In this document: positions 1-11,376 of the stretch, piece after piece | Numbering within the stretch: the first letter of the stretch is position 1 | Layout: each line of letters starts with the position of its first letter | From: an uncultured Methanosarcinaceae archaeon | Lineage (GTDB): Archaea > Halobacteriota > Methanosarcinia > Methanosarcinales > Methanosarcinaceae | DNA: 64,000 bases | Assembly (NCBI GenBank): GCA_963847185.1 | Contig: CAWJYV010000010.1 | Location: forward strand, 512,001-576,000 | Direction of reading: 5' to 3' | Translations under genes and position numbers: made by a program | The notes under the pieces: model-generated | Database searches by the model: none | Seen by the model: the letters and a program-made list of their open reading frames with translations, nothing else | What the model was told of the DNA's origin: nothing

Positions 1-738
1 TAAATATAAGCTTACTTTCCTAAATAAAGAAGCTAAATCAATTAGATTTCAAAAATAAACTTTTTTCACGATTTATTGTGATAATAAACCTTAAATAAGA
101 CAATTAATGCTTATTAGAACCATTAAATCCCATATTTTAAAACAGAAGAGACGTGTCCATTTATTATCGCAGAATCTCAGGATGAGGCAACTTAAAATTC
201 AGCAAGCTATATTTAATATTTTAATATATTTATTAAGTTTCGTTAAGGTACTACTTAAACTCCCTCAGAGTGGCTTTTAAATTACTAAAGATATTCCAAG
301 TCCTTACATAGTCTCCAAAATTCTTTCAATTCAAGACAATCGAAAGTAAGTAAAAGACATCTAAAGTTAATAAAAATTAGTTAATAAAAAGTTGAAACTG
401 AGACACTAGTTCCCGGTATGTGATTTTAGAGGAGAACAGGATGTTAAAAATAAGAATTTAAGGGTCATAAAGGATTAAATCTGGAAAAAATCCCTATTAA
501 AGCATGAATAAGAAATTTAATCCTTCTATCCAACTGAAAAAGTAAGTATACTTTTATCTTTAAATTCCGATACAGAATCTTCAGTCAGGAATACATTGCT
601 AGTCCATCCACCAAAATAAAACTTTAAACAGTGCGGTCTCGTACCGTAATATGTAAAGACAGCAATAGATAGTAAAAATATTGAAGAAATCGCATCATAC
701 AAAGGCCTGCATATCAGTTCGATGTATTCCTGACTATC

Positions 739-855
739 TTCATCTCTAGAATTCAGCTATAGAATTCATCTTTAGAGTTCAGCTATAGAATTCATCTTTA
801 GAGTTCAGCTATAGAATTCATTTTTAGAGTTCAGCTATAGAATTCAGTTTAAGAG
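739..855. repeat. Tandem repeat of nine 13-bp units alternating as a 26-bp higher-order repeat
   Basis: TTCAGCTATAGAA alternates with TTCATCTTTAGAG-like units; no unique spacers. Confidence 0.9.
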
Positions 856-910
856 ATATGAAATACATATCTAAAAGTACAAATATCTAAAAATTATGAA
901 AGGGATAAAA

Positions 911-1302
911 ATGCCTGATAACCGGAGGAAAAACTGCTGATCCTCCAGCTTTCCGAAGATTCCAGGAAAATTGCCCGGTTACTTTCAAATGAGACCTCAA
1001 TCAAAATTCTCAAACTGCTTGGAAAGAGGCCGATGTCCGCAGGAGATCTTGCAGACGAGCTTGAAACACGCCTGAATACTCTCAAATACAATCTTGACTC
1101 ACTTCTCGAAACTGGACTTATTAAAGTGAGGCAGGTAAAATGGAGTAGAAAAGGCAGGGAAATAAAGATTTACGAGGCAGTGGAAAAGGTGATTATTCTT
1201 CTTCCAGGGAAGAAGGATACGGAAACTTCTTTTATGTTAATGAAGTTGTGGCAGAATAGCCCTGAGAGTTTAGAAGGGCAAACAATTCCGGAATTGTCGT
1301 GA
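911..1302 (+). CDS. ArsR/SmtB-family HTH transcriptional regulator (frameshift near 920)
   Basis: Frame upstream of the 1033 ATG reads EEKLLILQLSEDSRKIARLLSNETSIKILKLLGKRP into MSAGDLADEL...YNLDSLLETGLI (wHTH); ATG at 911 is one base out of frame. Confidence 0.8.
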
Positions 1303-1456
1303 AATTTATCACAAATCAAAATTTTTGCGACAATTTTATCACTTTAGAGTATCATTAGAGTATCATTTTAGAGAAAGCAATTCAAAATTCACCAAATATT
1401 AAATACATGAATCCAGAGAAAATGTACAGTCCAGAATTAAACTCTTTGAATAGGAT

Positions 1457-2578
1457 GTGGCCCGTATGAAAATCAAGTTTTTGTCCCTGCTCCTCATATT
1501 TGCAGGAATTATCCTGATCTCAGGCTGTGTTGATAGGGAAGCTCAGCTCTCTGATTACAAAGCTTCAGGCGATCCTTACATACACAATCTAGAAAGGATC
1601 ATCTTTTATCCCTATTCTGGACTTTTGAATTGTGAAGGCCCTGAGTTGCCGGATCATCCTCACGACCTACTTCAAGGAGGGCCTGATCAGGACCCTGAGG
1701 GTACCCAGAATCTGATAGCTGCAAAGTCCCTTCTGGACAGGAATATAGATAAAGCGGAAAACATTTCTACGCGGCTTGAAGAAGGAATTCAGAATTTAAA
1801 AGCAGAGGGAGAGGACGTTAGCAGACTTGAAGCCTTATTTGAAGAATACGAACTTCATATAGATGAAGCAAAGAAATATAGAGCTCTCGCAGATACAGCT
1901 GCTGAAGAAAAGAATAACATCTCAGTCGCAGATTCAGAATACACTTTATGTGAAAACACAGAAAGGGAGTATTTAATCGAATCTCAGAAAAGTATGATTC
2001 AAGCTGACCATGTCCTGAAAAAAATTTTCTACGAGTTCCAGAGTACGATGTCTGGAAGCGAAGAGCTCAACAATACATCCCAACTAAACGCTTCAGGTGA
2101 AGGAAGAGCCCTTCTCACTGGCGAGTTTGCCCTTAGTATTCACCTTGAAAATGGAGTAATAATTATACCCGAGATTTCTCCTGATTCCGAGATAGATATA
2201 AAAGGAGACTATACGTTTAAGGAAGAGAAAACAGAAATGCAGGATGAAGTGCTCGTGTACAATATACAATCTGCTGACGTAAAAATCTCTGGATCCCATA
2301 AAACGGTAATGATAGGTGGTAATAACATTACTGTTACTGCAGATGGAGCAGGATATTTGAACTTCATAGGGAATGGCACATATAGTATTGAGGATGCAGG
2401 GGAAACAATAAAAGAAGGAAAAAAATGGGGAATCTCTTTATTTGATGAAAAGGGTCCCGAAAAACACGGAATTGATGGAAAGGATCATGAAACGGAAACC
2501 GGACACAAAACAGGGATTAATATTGCTGGAGAGAATAGAGTTGGTCCGGACACAGGGAACAAAAGAAGTTTTATTTGA
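1457..2578 (+). CDS. Hypothetical lipoprotein (helical region plus beta-rich C-terminal region)
   Basis: 373-aa ORF; signal peptide with lipobox LISGC. Confidence 0.75.
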   Translation: MARMKIKFLSLLLIFAGIILISGCVDREAQLSDYKASGDPYIHNLERIIFYPYSGLLNCEGPELPDHPHDLLQGGPDQDPEGTQNLIAAKSLLDRNIDKAENISTRLEEGIQNLKAEGEDVSRLEALFEEYELHIDEAKKYRALADTAAEEKNNISVADSEYTLCENTEREYLIESQKSMIQADHVLKKIFYEFQSTMSGSEELNNTSQLNASGEGRALLTGEFALSIHLENGVIIIPEISPDSEIDIKGDYTFKEEKTEMQDEVLVYNIQSADVKISGSHKTVMIGGNNITVTADGAGYLNFIGNGTYSIEDAGETIKEGKKWGISLFDEKGPEKHGIDGKDHETETGHKTGINIAGENRVGPDTGNKRSFI

Positions 2579-2668
2579 GATAAACTATAAACTTTCACGA
2601 AAAAAATAATAAGAATATAAATTCCCTGGAAGAATAGCATACTTCAAACTGCAACTCTGGATTTACTG

Positions 2669-3861
2669 ATGAAAATGAATCTGAGGTTATACATTATTTG
2701 CATTGCTACTGTACTCGCCTTAGTTACACCTTCTCTAGCAGACAGCAACTACACTGCTACAGTTCACGGGGGAGTTTACGAAAGTGATACATTCAAACCC
2801 CTGGAAAACGCCATAGTTGAGGTAAACTCCACACCTTCCCAATCAATGGTGGCGAAAATTGGCGTGTATTCCTTTGAACTGGCACCCGGAGACTACTCAA
2901 TTACAGCCAAGTATTCCCAGAATGGTACTCTCCTTTATTCGGGAGGAGAAATTGTCAACATTAAAGAAGAAGGAAGTTATGTGAAAGATCTCCTGCTCTT
3001 TCCCATTTATTCCGAGACTCTAATGGACAGTTCTGCAGTTAATGCTTCCGAAAGCATAACAGATACAATGAATAACTCCGATAGTGCCAGTAAAACTGAA
3101 GGAAGCGAAATCGATTCTTCGACCGTAAATTTCCTTTTAATAGCCTTCGCACTTATGATCCTGCTTACAGGTGGCTACCAGTTTTCCAGAAAGCACAAAA
3201 AAGAGGAAAAAGGTACATCTCAGGAATCAAAAGCCGGGTATTTAACCGGATCTTCCTCAAGCCCTGTAAGATACCCGAACTAGACCCGAAATTTCGGAGA
3301 GAGTCCCGAATAAAAGCATTGAGCCTGAAACGTGGCAGATCCCCCAGACAAATCCCGAAGAATCAGTATCCGTAAAAAAGCCAGTAGCAGAACTTGATTC
3401 ACGAACTGTGGTAACAGGGCAGGTAGCAGAACCGGAGTCCAAAATATCCGTAAAAGAGATAGAAGCACGAACCAAAAATCCCGGAGAAAAGAGCGCCTGC
3501 GGAAAGGGAAGAGGAATATCTGGCGCAGGATGAAGAACTTGCAGGACCTGAAACAGAAGATAACGAAATAATTGTTCTTGAAAAAGCTGAAGATAATCCG
3601 GAGATTAAAATTCCTGTTCAGGAAATCGAAGTTCCTGCAGCTCCCAAAAAGAAACTCCCTCTTCCTTCAGACCTTCAGGAAGTCATGGATATAATCCGGG
3701 GCCAGGGAGGCCGGATTACCCAGAAAGACCTTCGAAGCAAGCTGCGGTATTCTGAAGGAAAAGTCAGCCTCATGCTTGCAGATCTCGAAAGGAGAGAACT
3801 TATCGAGAAGTTTAAGCGGGGACGTGGAAACGTTATAATTGTGAAAGATGAGGAACGCTAA
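2669..3861 (+). CDS. Membrane-anchored winged-helix protein (COG2512-like) with extracellular carboxypeptidase-regulatory-like domain; frameshifted near 3270 and 3500
   Basis: Signal peptide, beta-sandwich (GVYSFELAPGDYSITA), one TM helix, acidic linker across shifted frames, then LPSDLQEVMDIIRGQGGRITQKDLRSKLRYSEGKVSLMLADLERRELIEKFKRGRGNVI ending TAA at 3861. Confidence 0.75.
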
Positions 3862-4051
3862 CTCAGGAGCTGGCACTCCTTATCTTTTCTCATCTTATTT
3901 TTTCAGATTTACATATACTTATAACTCTGAATTATTGATAACTGTGCAATAGCCGGATAATTTACCAATGTACTTGATAACTCTGATCTTTATTTACCCG
4001 ATGCTCTAATTTTCCTGTTTCCAGGATCTCATCCATAGACTATTAGTTGTC

Positions 4052-4309
4052 TTAGAGAACTTCACACTCTTTCATTTCCTCATCTTTTTTGAAGAAGTTC
4101 TTTGTGGTACATACTATCCATCTCCAGTGAAGTGCGATGTGGATAATAAAGAAGACCACCATAAGGAGTCCAACCTTATCATGAATCAATCTCAATAAGT
4201 AGCCTGCAGCACGGTGGTTGAAATACATTACAAGACCCGAATAACCAACCAGGATAAATTGAATGAAAAGTGCCAGGTCTACGAGATAGTTCAGTTTTAT
4301 TCTTTTCAT
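4052..4309 (-). CDS. DUF4405-family small membrane protein, copy 1
   Basis: NYLVDLALF...SGL...IHDKVG...IHIALHWRWI motif; GGAGTG RBS before ATG 4309. Confidence 0.85.
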   Translation of the reverse strand: MKRIKLNYLVDLALFIQFILVGYSGLVMYFNHRAAGYLLRLIHDKVGLLMVVFFIIHIALHWRWIVCTTKNFFKKDEEMKECEVL

Positions 4310-4953
4310 TTTTTCACTCCATTTTAACATTTACACCCTTATTTTCGTAAGATTATCAATTTTAGTTCATTAGATTGAGCTTCATTTTATTGATTTTCTT
4401 TATAAGAGATCTACATCCGCGGTAGATCTACATTCGCGGTTATACTGCTTTCAATATTACCGCTGTACAAATCTTAATTACCGCTGTACAACTCTTAATT
4501 GCCAGAGAAAGAAATAAAGATACTTGCAAAAAAATAGTGGCCAAAATAGACTTATTTTAAATTTGAAGCTTAATTAATCCATTTGATTTAAAATAAAACT
4601 TAAAAGTAGAGTTTAATTCTTAATCTAATTATTTTTTACCTTTATTCATCCAATTGCCTCAAAGATAAGAGCCATATAAGCGGATTTATACGGAAAGGTC
4701 TCCGCAGCAGGCTAAAAGCCCTCAAAAAACCATTCAAATAAAAGGATAACCTCACGATTGTTTACCTTTAGAGAAGAAGAATAAAGGAGAGGTTGAATGG
4801 GGATAGAATGTTCTGATCCTGAAAGATGAGGGGAGCTAATTCAGAACTTTCCATCCCTCATTTTTTGTCAATTTGTAGATCCTGGTAATTCTGCACGTCC
4901 TGATAATTTAAAATATACACAAGAACTATGAATTTTCCTGATTTCTACTGATC

Positions 4954-5235
4954 TTAATCCACAGGCATATAGTTCGCTTCTATAACTTCACCCTTTTTCA
5001 TTTCTCTTCCGCCTCTGAGGAGGTTCTTTGTAGTATATACCATCCATCTCCAGTGGAGTACAACATGAGCAACAAAGAAGACCAACATCAAGATCCCAAG
5101 CTGCTCATGGATTAACTTCCAGAATTGGGATACACCGTGACCATTGAAAAGCAATAAAATACCTGAATAACCAACCAGGGCGAATTGAACGAAGAGCGCA
5201 AGGTCAACAAAATAGTTGAGTTTTAATTTATTCAT
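4954..5235 (-). CDS. DUF4405-family small membrane protein, copy 2
   Basis: Paralog of 4052..4309 with the same His pattern (IHEQLG, AHVVLHWRW); GGAGTG RBS. Confidence 0.85.
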   Translation of the reverse strand: MNKLKLNYFVDLALFVQFALVGYSGILLLFNGHGVSQFWKLIHEQLGILMLVFFVAHVVLHWRWMVYTTKNLLRGGREMKKGEVIEANYMPVD

Positions 5236-6836
5236 TTCTTCACTCCATTGTAACTTTTACATCTTGTAGAATCATTATTTCAGTTAAGTTTTGAATTGTA
5301 TTTGATTGATTTTTACTTCATAAGCCATTACCGTCGCGGCTATGCTGCTTTCAAATTTACCGCCGTACATGCCCTTAATTGCCAGAAAAAGAGATAAATA
5401 TGCTTACAAAAAATAATGGGTTAAAGAGATTTATTTTAAATTTAAGGACATATTAAAGCATATTTAGAAATATAATCTTTTATTACAGGATTTAACACTT
5501 AACCTGCTTATTTTTAACCTTTATTTGGCCAAGTACTAACAAAATCGTAGTTTGTAGCGTGATTTCCAGAAAAGATCTGCACAGCAGGCCGGAGCGCTCC
5601 AGGGAGAAGAAATTTAGTGCCTATAGACCTTGTAGAAAAAGAAAGCTAAAAAAGAAGTTTAAAAGTGATGCGGAAATGTGTCGTCACCTGATTCTCCACT
5701 GAAGGCTGAGATTTCCTTTCCGTATTAAGATCCAAACATCAAGCGCGTTGTCATCTGAAGATGAAAAGGTAATAATTTCCATCAGAAGTGATAAAAGCAA
5801 AATGGACCGAACTGAAATGACCATCTAAAGTGTACAACGGTGATCCACGAGGATGTATCAAAATAGCGTTTAAAGGCAGAATTTTCATACACTTTTGCAC
5901 GTATATGTTTCAACATTAATTGAATTTCAGTTTCAGAAAAATAATCATGTGACGATAGATATAGTAAAGGGGTCAGTAAAGAAGGACATATAGAGAGCCT
6001 TGGAACGTGAATTAGAAAATGGATTTATGAGTCGGAAAACTGCGGACTTTATACAGGATTGCGCCAGACTATTTTTCTTACTTCCTCATTCCTATTAAAC
6101 TTTTACAAATAAATCGTGATAAGTAATTCCAGCTTATAAGTATCTCCTGCTGTTTTTGTTATGAGTTCTGGAAAAAAATCTTGCCCCTTAAGTCAAGTTG
6201 ATTACTGAAACTGGACTGAAAGGCTAAAAAATAATATATTAATCCCGGTTTTGTCGATAAAAGAGGCTCTTAATGGAAGTCTGGATGACGTTTTGAAGAA
6301 ACTCTTGGGGAAATAATACTTTATTGAGACCCTATTTGCTGTTTAAAGGGTGATTAAAGAGTAAATTGTATAAATAAAATCTGGAAAAGTTTCCCTGCTA
6401 AATTAATTCCATATATTCCCTGTTTTTAGCTAAGTATGCTTTTATTATTAAATACCAATGAAAGGGTTGACTGCCTCAAGTACCTTTTGAGCAACTGGCA
6501 GAACAGATGCCCCGTTCTGAAGGGTGCCAATTGGCAGATTACAATGGAAAAGGAACATCTGATTATGGAACCTAGCCACAAAACAGGAACCTCGCCATCA
6601 GAAAGATCAGAAGCCTTCACTAATAATCAGGTGTTCGCCATTGTAAAAAAAGGAAGCAGTCAACCAAAAAAACCTACACTCCAGAAAATGAGGCACTACA
6701 CACCTTGTTGGTGCCTCAAACCCATCTAAACCACACAGGTCTAATTGGACCGTAAAAGGTCTGATTAGGCCTAATTATACCCGGAAAGTCAGTTCAGATA
6801 CGACTAACTTTTTAGAGGCTACTTTAGAGGCTATGT

Positions 6837-7772
6837 ATGACACTCACTGAAATTATAGATACATTTAAAACGAAGCTGAATCCCTCAAAAATTATGAACT
6901 CGCTCGAAAAAGCAGCGAGTTTCTCAGAGGAATCAGAGAATGATGTAGGGGGGAATAATTCAGGGGAAGATCTGAAAAATAATCCATACAGTAATTCAGG
7001 AAGTGACTCTGCTAAAAATTCTAACGTATTAAGGATCTCTCAAAACAATGAGGACCCTCTAATTAAACTTACCAATGTATGGAAAATTTACCAGATGGGA
7101 GAAGTTGAATTTGCAGCCCTTAAGGGAATAAACCTGGAAATCTACGAGGGGGAATTTCTGGTTGTTCTCGGGCCTAGCGGAAGTGGGAAAAGTACGCTTA
7201 TGAACTTGCTGGGCTGCCTGGATATCCCATCAAAAGGCACTGTTAGCCTGAACTCAAAGGATATTTCAGAACTTGACGAATCGGAACTGGCCATTATAAG
7301 AGGACAGATGATTGGCTTCATATTCCAGAGCTTCAACCTCATTCCCACTCTCAGTACGGAAGAAAACGTACTTTTACCTATGGAATTCCAGGAAGAGGAT
7401 AGACAAATAGCCCGAAAAAAAGCAGCGTACCTGCTTGAGATTGTCGGACTTTCAAACAAGAAAAATAACCTTCCTTCTCAGCTCTCAGGCGGACAGAAGC
7501 AAAGAGTTGCAATAGCCCGCTCCCTGGCTGTGAACCCACCCATTATTCTTGCAGATGAACCTACAGGAAACCTGGACACCAAGACTGGTAACTATATCCT
7601 GGAATTCCTCGATGGTTTGCACGAAAGAGAAGGAAAGACCATCATCATTGTAACGCATGACCTTGAACTTGTAAAGTATGCAACAAGAGTTGTGTATATC
7701 AGGGACGGCGAAATTGAAAAAATAGAGAAAATGGACGAAAAACCGAAAAACAGTAAAAACGAACAAAAATGA
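6837..7772 (+). CDS. ABC transporter ATP-binding protein, LolD/MacB type, with N-terminal low-complexity extension
   Basis: Walker [33 protein letters not shown]. Confidence 0.95.
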   Translation: MTLTEIIDTFKTKLNPSKIMNSLEKAASFSEESENDVGGNNSGEDLKNNPYSNSGSDSAKNSNVLRISQNNEDPLIKLTNVWKIYQMGEVEFAALKGINLEIYEGEFLVVLGPSGSGKSTLMNLLGCLDIPSKGTVSLNSKDISELDESELAIIRGQMIGFIFQSFNLIPTLSTEENVLLPMEFQEEDRQIARKKAAYLLEIVGLSNKKNNLPSQLSGGQKQRVAIARSLAVNPPIILADEPTGNLDTKTGNYILEFLDGLHEREGKTIIIVTHDLELVKYATRVVYIRDGEIEKIEKMDEKPKNSKNEQK

Positions 7773-7786
7773 TCTGAGGAATTAAA

Positions 7787-9139
7787 ATGAAAAAATTATC
7801 TTTATTATCACTTTTAATGCTGCTTACAGTATTCATAACCCTTGGAGCCGGAACAGCTCTCGGCTCGTCAAATGGGAACATAAATTCTGCATCTGTACAG
7901 GTAAATCTAACCAATCAGAATCCTGATTACGCTCGTCCCGGAGAACCTGTTGAACTCACTGTCAGTGTTCAAAATGTAGGAAATGCTGACTTAAAAGACA
8001 TAGCAATAACAGTTAATTCGGAATATCCTTTCACTAAGGTTTCCGGAGAAAATCTTGTAAAAGAAGTTTCTTATCTGAATGCAAGACAGGACGACGATGA
8101 TGCAGCGGTCCTTAAATTCAGGCTCATGACAGATGCAAACGCATCTGCAGGGACCTATGACATAGATATCACAACTACTGCAAAAGAAAGTGGAGATTCA
8201 TCAAATACAATTACCACTACAAAAACGATCCAGCTTGAGGTAAAGGGCAAAGAATACGCTCAGGTCGTGACTATAAGCAAAGCGAATATTGATATTGCAA
8301 AAGAAGAGCCTCTGGAGTTTATCATAACGAATACCGGAACTTCCCCTATCAAAAATATGGTAATCTCCTGGAAAGATCCAAAAGGTGTAATTTTACCTGT
8401 TTACTCTGACAACACAAAGTACATCAAATATCTGGAAGCCGGAGACTCCGCGACCGTATCTTACTCTGTCATGGCAGATGTAAATGCAGACCCTGGCTTA
8501 TACACTCTAAATGTGGATCTCAGTTATGAAGACTATGAATCCAATGAACAAAGTATCAATACCACAGCAGGAATATTTGTTGGTGGAGAGACTGATTTTG
8601 ATGTCTCCTTTTCAGAAAGTGACGCTGGAGAAATATCTCTTTCCGTTGCAAATGTGGGTAACAACATTGCATACTCAGTGAAAGTATCGGTTCCTGATCA
8701 GGACGGGTACAGGGTATCAGGAAGCTCGTCAACAATTGTAGGAAATCTCGAGAAAGGAGACTATACAATCGCTTCCTTTGACGTCACAAGCACGCAGAGT
8801 GCTGGAGGAGCTGAAGGAGAAAGTCCAGGAGAAAATATACTCTCTGCTTCGACGGAATCCGATCCTCTAAAGGTCCAGATCGAGTATACGGATGCAAAAG
8901 GAGAAAGAATTACCGTTGATAAGGAAGTAGAACTCGAAATGACTTCCGGAAATATGACTGCGGCAGGAGGTCAGGCAGGCCCAGGTAGCAGCGCCGGTAT
9001 GGGTTCATATATATCCTACATTGTAGTACTCGCCCTTGCAGGTGGGATATTCGTTTACCGGAAGAAAATTCAGGAAAAAATCCGGGAAAGGAAAGATAAA
9101 AAGTCCGGATCCAAAAAGCCTGAAGACCAGAAGGTCTGA
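7787..9139 (+). CDS. COG1361 S-layer-domain (Ig-like repeats) membrane-anchored protein
   Basis: Signal peptide, PGEPVELTVSVQNVG and ADPGLYTLNVDLSY Ig-like motifs, C-terminal TM plus basic tail; lies between ABC ATPase and permease. Confidence 0.85.
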   Translation: MKKLSLLSLLMLLTVFITLGAGTALGSSNGNINSASVQVNLTNQNPDYARPGEPVELTVSVQNVGNADLKDIAITVNSEYPFTKVSGENLVKEVSYLNARQDDDDAAVLKFRLMTDANASAGTYDIDITTTAKESGDSSNTITTTKTIQLEVKGKEYAQVVTISKANIDIAKEEPLEFIITNTGTSPIKNMVISWKDPKGVILPVYSDNTKYIKYLEAGDSATVSYSVMADVNADPGLYTLNVDLSYEDYESNEQSINTTAGIFVGGETDFDVSFSESDAGEISLSVANVGNNIAYSVKVSVPDQDGYRVSGSSSTIVGNLEKGDYTIASFDVTSTQSAGGAEGESPGENILSASTESDPLKVQIEYTDAKGERITVDKEVELEMTSGNMTAAGGQAGPGSSAGMGSYISYIVVLALAGGIFVYRKKIQEKIRERKDKKSGSKKPEDQKV

Positions 9140-9175
9140 GAAGAGCAGCATCAATAGATAACGGAAGGATGCAGG

Positions 9176-10420
9176 ATGAGAAACTCAACCTACCTGAAAA
9201 TGGGCCTGAACATGCTTGTTCACAGCAAGCTGCGAAGCTGGCTGACCATTATCGGGATAGTCATAGGAATCGGATCTGTTGTCGGCATCCTCTCCCTCGG
9301 GGATGCCATGCAGGAACAGGTGCAGAGCAGACTCGCCGAGATGGATCTGACAAAAATTACCATAAGCCCCGGATACACAAAAGCATCGTCAAACATGCAT
9401 GGACCTGGTGGAATGGGAGGAGGAGGTACGACAACAGATGTCGAATTAACAGAAGATGATATTGAGGCACTTCAAGGCATAGATGGCATACAGTACATGG
9501 CCGGTGAAATTTCCGGCAGTGAACCGGTAATTTATGCAGCACAGAATGCGACCCTCTCAATAACGGGTGTGGACCCCCAGGTCTGGAAGTATATGACTAC
9601 ACTGGAGACGCAGTCAGGAAGGCTACTTGAGCCGTCTGACAAGTATGTAGCAGTCATAGGGAGCGGTGTTGCCAGCGGAGTTTTTGATCAGGATATAGGA
9701 GTCAACCAGGTAATAACCATAAACGGCAAAGCAGTGCGTGTTGTCGGCATCCTTGCAGAAGAAGGTGAGGGTGGAGACAGAAGCATTTACATGCCAATAG
9801 ATGGAGCAGTAAACCTCCTTGACGATGCAGAAGAGGATGTTTACGATACTATCACGGTAAAAGCCAAGAGTGAAGATCTGGTGGACAGTGTGATGGAAGA
9901 TATAGTAGACAAGCTCATGGTTTCAAGACATATTATTCAGGAAGAAGACAGGGACTTTTCAGTGACAGCCTCAAAGTCTATGGCTGAGTCCGTTACCGAG
10001 ATGACGAGTTCGATGACTCTCTTCCTTGGAGCTATTGCAGCCGTATCCCTGCTTGTAGGAGCCGTGGGTATTGCAAACACCATGTTTACTTCTGTCCTGG
10101 AGAAGACAAAGGAAATAGGGACTATGAAAGCCATTGGAGCTAAAAACAGGGATATTCTCATGATTTTCCTCTTTAACTCCGCAATGGTAGGTCTTGTTGG
10201 TGGGATCCTTGGAGATTTGCTGGGAGCCTGTGTTTCAACTCTCTTCCCTCTGCTAGGTTTGCAAATGATGGGAGGAGGAAGTGATTCAAGCATATATTTT
10301 GCTCCGGACCTGATGGCTTTAGGGCTCATCCTGGCAGTTATAATAGGTATTGCCTCAGGAGTGGTTCCTGCATACAGGGCTTCGAAATTGAAACCAGTAG
10401 ATGCATTGAGGTACGAATAA
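9176..10420 (+). CDS. ABC transporter permease, MacB/FtsX family
   Basis: KLRSWLTIIGIVIGIGSVV; GIANTMFTSVLEKTKEIGTMKAIGA; PAYRASKLKPVDALRYE. Confidence 0.95.
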   Translation: MRNSTYLKMGLNMLVHSKLRSWLTIIGIVIGIGSVVGILSLGDAMQEQVQSRLAEMDLTKITISPGYTKASSNMHGPGGMGGGGTTTDVELTEDDIEALQGIDGIQYMAGEISGSEPVIYAAQNATLSITGVDPQVWKYMTTLETQSGRLLEPSDKYVAVIGSGVASGVFDQDIGVNQVITINGKAVRVVGILAEEGEGGDRSIYMPIDGAVNLLDDAEEDVYDTITVKAKSEDLVDSVMEDIVDKLMVSRHIIQEEDRDFSVTASKSMAESVTEMTSSMTLFLGAIAAVSLLVGAVGIANTMFTSVLEKTKEIGTMKAIGAKNRDILMIFLFNSAMVGLVGGILGDLLGACVSTLFPLLGLQMMGGGSDSSIYFAPDLMALGLILAVIIGIASGVVPAYRASKLKPVDALRYE

Positions 10421-10426
10421 GTTGAA

Positions 10427-10449
10427 AAGAAAGGGGTCAGCCCTTTCTT
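10427..10449 (+). terminator. Stem-loop after the ABC operon
   Basis: AAGAAAGGG-GTCAG-CCCTTTCTT perfect inverted repeat just after the stop codon. Confidence 0.55.
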
Positions 10450-10489
10450 AATTTCCTGCTTCATTGGGAAGAGGTAGAGGTGGGATAAA

Positions 10490-11314
10490 ATGAATTTGAT
10501 TGATATTGCAGTTCTTTCCGAAAGAAGGCGAGATATACTTTTACTTATTGAAGAAAAACCAAGAAGCTTTGAAGAAATCAGAGACTTGCTTGGCCTCAGT
10601 TCCGCTTCTATAAGAATTCATTTAAAAAAACTTGTTAATTCCAGGTTCCTTGTAAAAGAAAAGGGAAAGTATGGGTTATCAGAAATGGCAGCACCCATAA
10701 TAAAAAATTTGAAGGAATTGCTGGACTCATTAACTTTCTTTGAGAAAAATATAGATTATTGGACGAGTCATAGTTTGGTTCCAATACCCACTTTTTTAAG
10801 AAAAAGACTTGGAGAACTTGGTAACCTAGAATTTATTGAACGTGATAATGCACATATGTTTGAAATTCCGGGAATAATTTTGGAAAATATAAGGAAATCA
10901 AAAGAAGTCTTTATTTTTTTCTCCTGCCTGCATCCGGAAATTTCCAATATATATACAGAACTTTCAGAAAGAGAGTTAAAAATCTCGTTATGTGTGACAG
11001 GACCTATAATTGAAAGATTATTCAGAGATAGTCCCATTGAAATAAGAAAGCTGCTGGAAGTAGAAAATTCAAAGTTATTTTACTGCCCCAGAATTGTGAA
11101 TTTACCAGTACTTGTAGTGACAGACAGGTTTATGGCAATTGAATTTTTCCGCAACGACGGAAGTCTGAGCAATCAGGTAATTGTAAACTCAGATAAAGAA
11201 GCTCTAAAATGGGGAAAAGAACTTTACAATTATTTTGAAGAATGTTCTGAGTCTCTAACCTTGAAACTGGGAAATCAAAACTCATTGAGCTATAAACAGG
11301 TAAATTCAGCATGA
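10490..11314 (+). CDS. Winged-helix transcriptional regulator, COG4742/DUF1724 type
   Basis: SERRRDILLLI N-terminal HTH; YWTSHSL..IP; C-terminal ALKWGKELYNYF. Confidence 0.85.
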   Translation: MNLIDIAVLSERRRDILLLIEEKPRSFEEIRDLLGLSSASIRIHLKKLVNSRFLVKEKGKYGLSEMAAPIIKNLKELLDSLTFFEKNIDYWTSHSLVPIPTFLRKRLGELGNLEFIERDNAHMFEIPGIILENIRKSKEVFIFFSCLHPEISNIYTELSERELKISLCVTGPIIERLFRDSPIEIRKLLEVENSKLFYCPRIVNLPVLVVTDRFMAIEFFRNDGSLSNQVIVNSDKEALKWGKELYNYFEECSESLTLKLGNQNSLSYKQVNSA

Positions 11315-11376
11315 GGAAATGAAAAGAAGAAAAAAGACAGTAAAAAAGACAGTAAAAAAGACAGGTAGGTAATCGG

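Noticed and set aside
739-855. Possible CRISPR array (also the 59082 and 61839 repeats)
   Set aside because: Units are contiguous with no unique spacers, and there are no cas genes in the window
3281-3283. Pyrrolysine readthrough of the TAG ending ORF 2669..3283
   Set aside because: An in-frame TAA follows about 10 codons later and the real continuation is in another frame
5660-6100. Coding-like composition, possible gene remnant
   Set aside because: The frames I read are interrupted and no family is recognisable
6436-6729. 97-aa ORF upstream of the ABC operon
   Set aside because: No RBS or recognisable motif; the region is better explained as structured leader, though translation is not excluded
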